DNA of 64,000 bases from Octopus bimaculoides (lineage: Eukaryota), in NCBI RefSeq assembly GCF_001194135.2, contig NC_068985.1, positions 16,653,911-16,717,910 of the forward strand, written 5' to 3'. A program made the position numbers and the translations under genes. A model generated the notes under the pieces. The model worked only from the letters and a program-made list of their open reading frames with translations, did not search any database and was not told where the DNA came from. Of this stretch, positions 62,226 to 64,000 are shown piece by piece. Position 1 is the stretch's first letter, and each line of letters opens with the position of its first letter.

Positions 62226-63754
62226 TATTGCGGCACTTGCTCCTGCTGCCACTCAAGCATTCCTGACTCACTCAACTCTCTTTCTCTCATCACCCATACT
62301 ACGTGTCCACCTCAGGCTCTGTGCTAACCACTACGTCCAATCCTGTTTTTCTCTGGAAATTCCTTCCATGCACATGATCTTCCAGCAATTATTAACATGC
62401 AATTGTTCAAGAGGAATATTATTCACGTCTACGTTAACAATCTCAGAAGCCCTGCAAAGGTCAACAGGTACAGCCCATTAAGACCGATCGAAAAAAAAAA
62501 AATTGGAGAAGTGAAAAGACTTGGAGCCTCATCTACAAACAATATTGAAAAGGTCATGAATTAAAAGGGTTTGCTTACCAAAACTCAGAACCAAAAATCA
62601 ATTCCCTGAAAAAATATCATTAATTGGTTTCAGGTTCAGTCCCACTGCACAGCACCTTGGGTAAGTGCCTTCTACTATAGTCCCAGGTCAACCAATTCCT
62701 TGTGAGGAAATTCGGTAGATAGAAATTGTCTGGACGTCTGTTGTATATGCGTGCACGTGTGTGTGTGTGTGTGTTTGTCCCCATTACCATCACCTGACAA
62801 CTGCTGCTGGTTTGTTTACATCCCTGTAATTTAAGGATTTGGTAAAAGAGACCTTTTCTAGGCTGACCAATTCCTTATGAGTGAATTTGGTACACAGACA
62901 TTGGTGTAGAAGCCTGTCATATACGTGTGCATTTATGCATGTGTATATGTGTCTGTGTTTGTCTCCCGTCACCAACACCACCACCACCACTGCTGCCACC
63001 GCCACCAGCACTACTACCACCTGACAGCCTATGTTGGTTTGTTTACATTCCTGAACTTTAATGGTTTATCCAAAGAGACCAACAGAAGTGCTAGATTTTA
63101 AAAAAATAAGTACTGGTGTCAATTTGTTCAACTAAAGCCCTTAAGGCAGTGCCCCAGCATGGCCACAATCCAATGACTAAGACAACTAAAAGATAAAAGT
63201 AAAAAGATAGAGGTGAGACATTTCAAATATTGAATATTGATGACATAAAAACTCCACATATTGCTCCTGGTGTAGCCCTGGATCAATCCAAATTAAACCA
63301 GCCTATGATCAAAAGATGTTCTAACCATGACCATCCTGTTCTTTTATTGACCTCTTGAACTACATTACCTAACATGTCCTTCCTATTTTTAAGATGGCTG
63401 GGTGTGATTTGTAAGAGATTCTGTTGTTATTTCTAGCAGATGTAGTGACCATGAAGAGGTTCACTAGCATTATTGTTGTTTAGATCCTGGCCATCTTTGA
63501 CTAAGCAAACCTGCAATCAAAAGTGTTCCAGCTGCAACCATCCTGTTTCTTTTAGAGATTTGGCTACTATTTCTAGTGTGCCAAATGACAATTTAAAGGC
63601 TTCCTGGTGTTGTGACTGGATGTCATTACAAAACTATTGATACCCAATCATTGCTAAATAAAACTTTCATTCAGCCAATTTGCTACAATATTAAGAAGAA
63701 TTAAACTGTCAGATTATTTTTATTACTATTATTATCATTAAGAAAAAAGACAAC

Positions 63755-63935
63755 AAGCTGGCAGAATTGTTAGCATGCCGGGTGAAATGCTTAGCGGTAT
63801 TTCATCTGTTGCTACGTTCTGAGTTCAAATTCTGCCAAGGTCAACTTTGCCTTTCATCCTTTCGGGGTCAATAAAATAAGTACCAACTGAACACTGGGGT
63901 CGATGTAATTGACTAATCCTTTCCCCCAAAAACAC
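63755..63935 (+). mobile_element. tRNA-derived SINE (family D)
   Basis: Matches the 18970-19420 copies. Confidence 0.8.
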
Positions 63936-64000
63936 TGGTTGTCTTGTAATGGTGGGAGACAAACACCAACACAAAAACACACACACATAAATATTAATAT

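Noticed and set aside
62290-62460. Possible minus-strand exon (acceptor-like TTTGCAG, then ASEIVNVDVNNIPLEQ..)
   Set aside because: The frame hits a stop before any good donor site, a similar CAGGGC(C/T)TCTGAGATT occurs at about 57150, and there are no partner exons.
61898-62481. Poly-Leu/Tyr/Thr/Ser/Val ORFs
   Set aside because: These are trinucleotide repeats open in several frames on both strands.

Overview
This is AT-rich animal (eukaryotic) genomic DNA from a gapped draft assembly, with N runs mostly at microsatellites. I found no host protein-coding exon, true tRNA/rRNA gene or CRISPR array. Nearly all long ORFs in the track are microsatellite, N-run or decayed-transposon artefacts. 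The window is a dense mosaic of tRNA-derived SINEs, RTE and CR1/L2-group LINE fragments, Tc1/mariner remnants, MITEs and simple repeats. The repeat landscape resembles octopus DNA; this is my recollection of those families, not a database result. The most interesting locus is 57815-58614, a palindromic insertion flanked by a 12-bp direct repeat. It carries a tRNA-like (Pol III A-box) head and a minimal type I hammerhead ribozyme motif of the Penelope-like-element (PLE) type on each arm, so both strands carry one. Its centre shows a 4-nt snap-back microhomology, and it has a one-sided tail. Two other families (58941-59195; 4900-5142 and 41727-42080) share the palindrome-plus-one-sided-tail architecture. 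One of them also has a 12-bp target duplication, and their tails share a 12-nt motif. A decayed, tandemly duplicated PLE-like GIY-YIG end lies at about 24.5-25.0 kb. Together these suggest a group of non-autonomous hairpin retroelements, possibly PLE-mobilised (inference). Other points of interest are a MITE with an 8-bp TSD and a head-to-head telomeric-repeat core, a variable-number double-hairpin unit in an RTE 3' UTR, and about ten fold-back structures overall.
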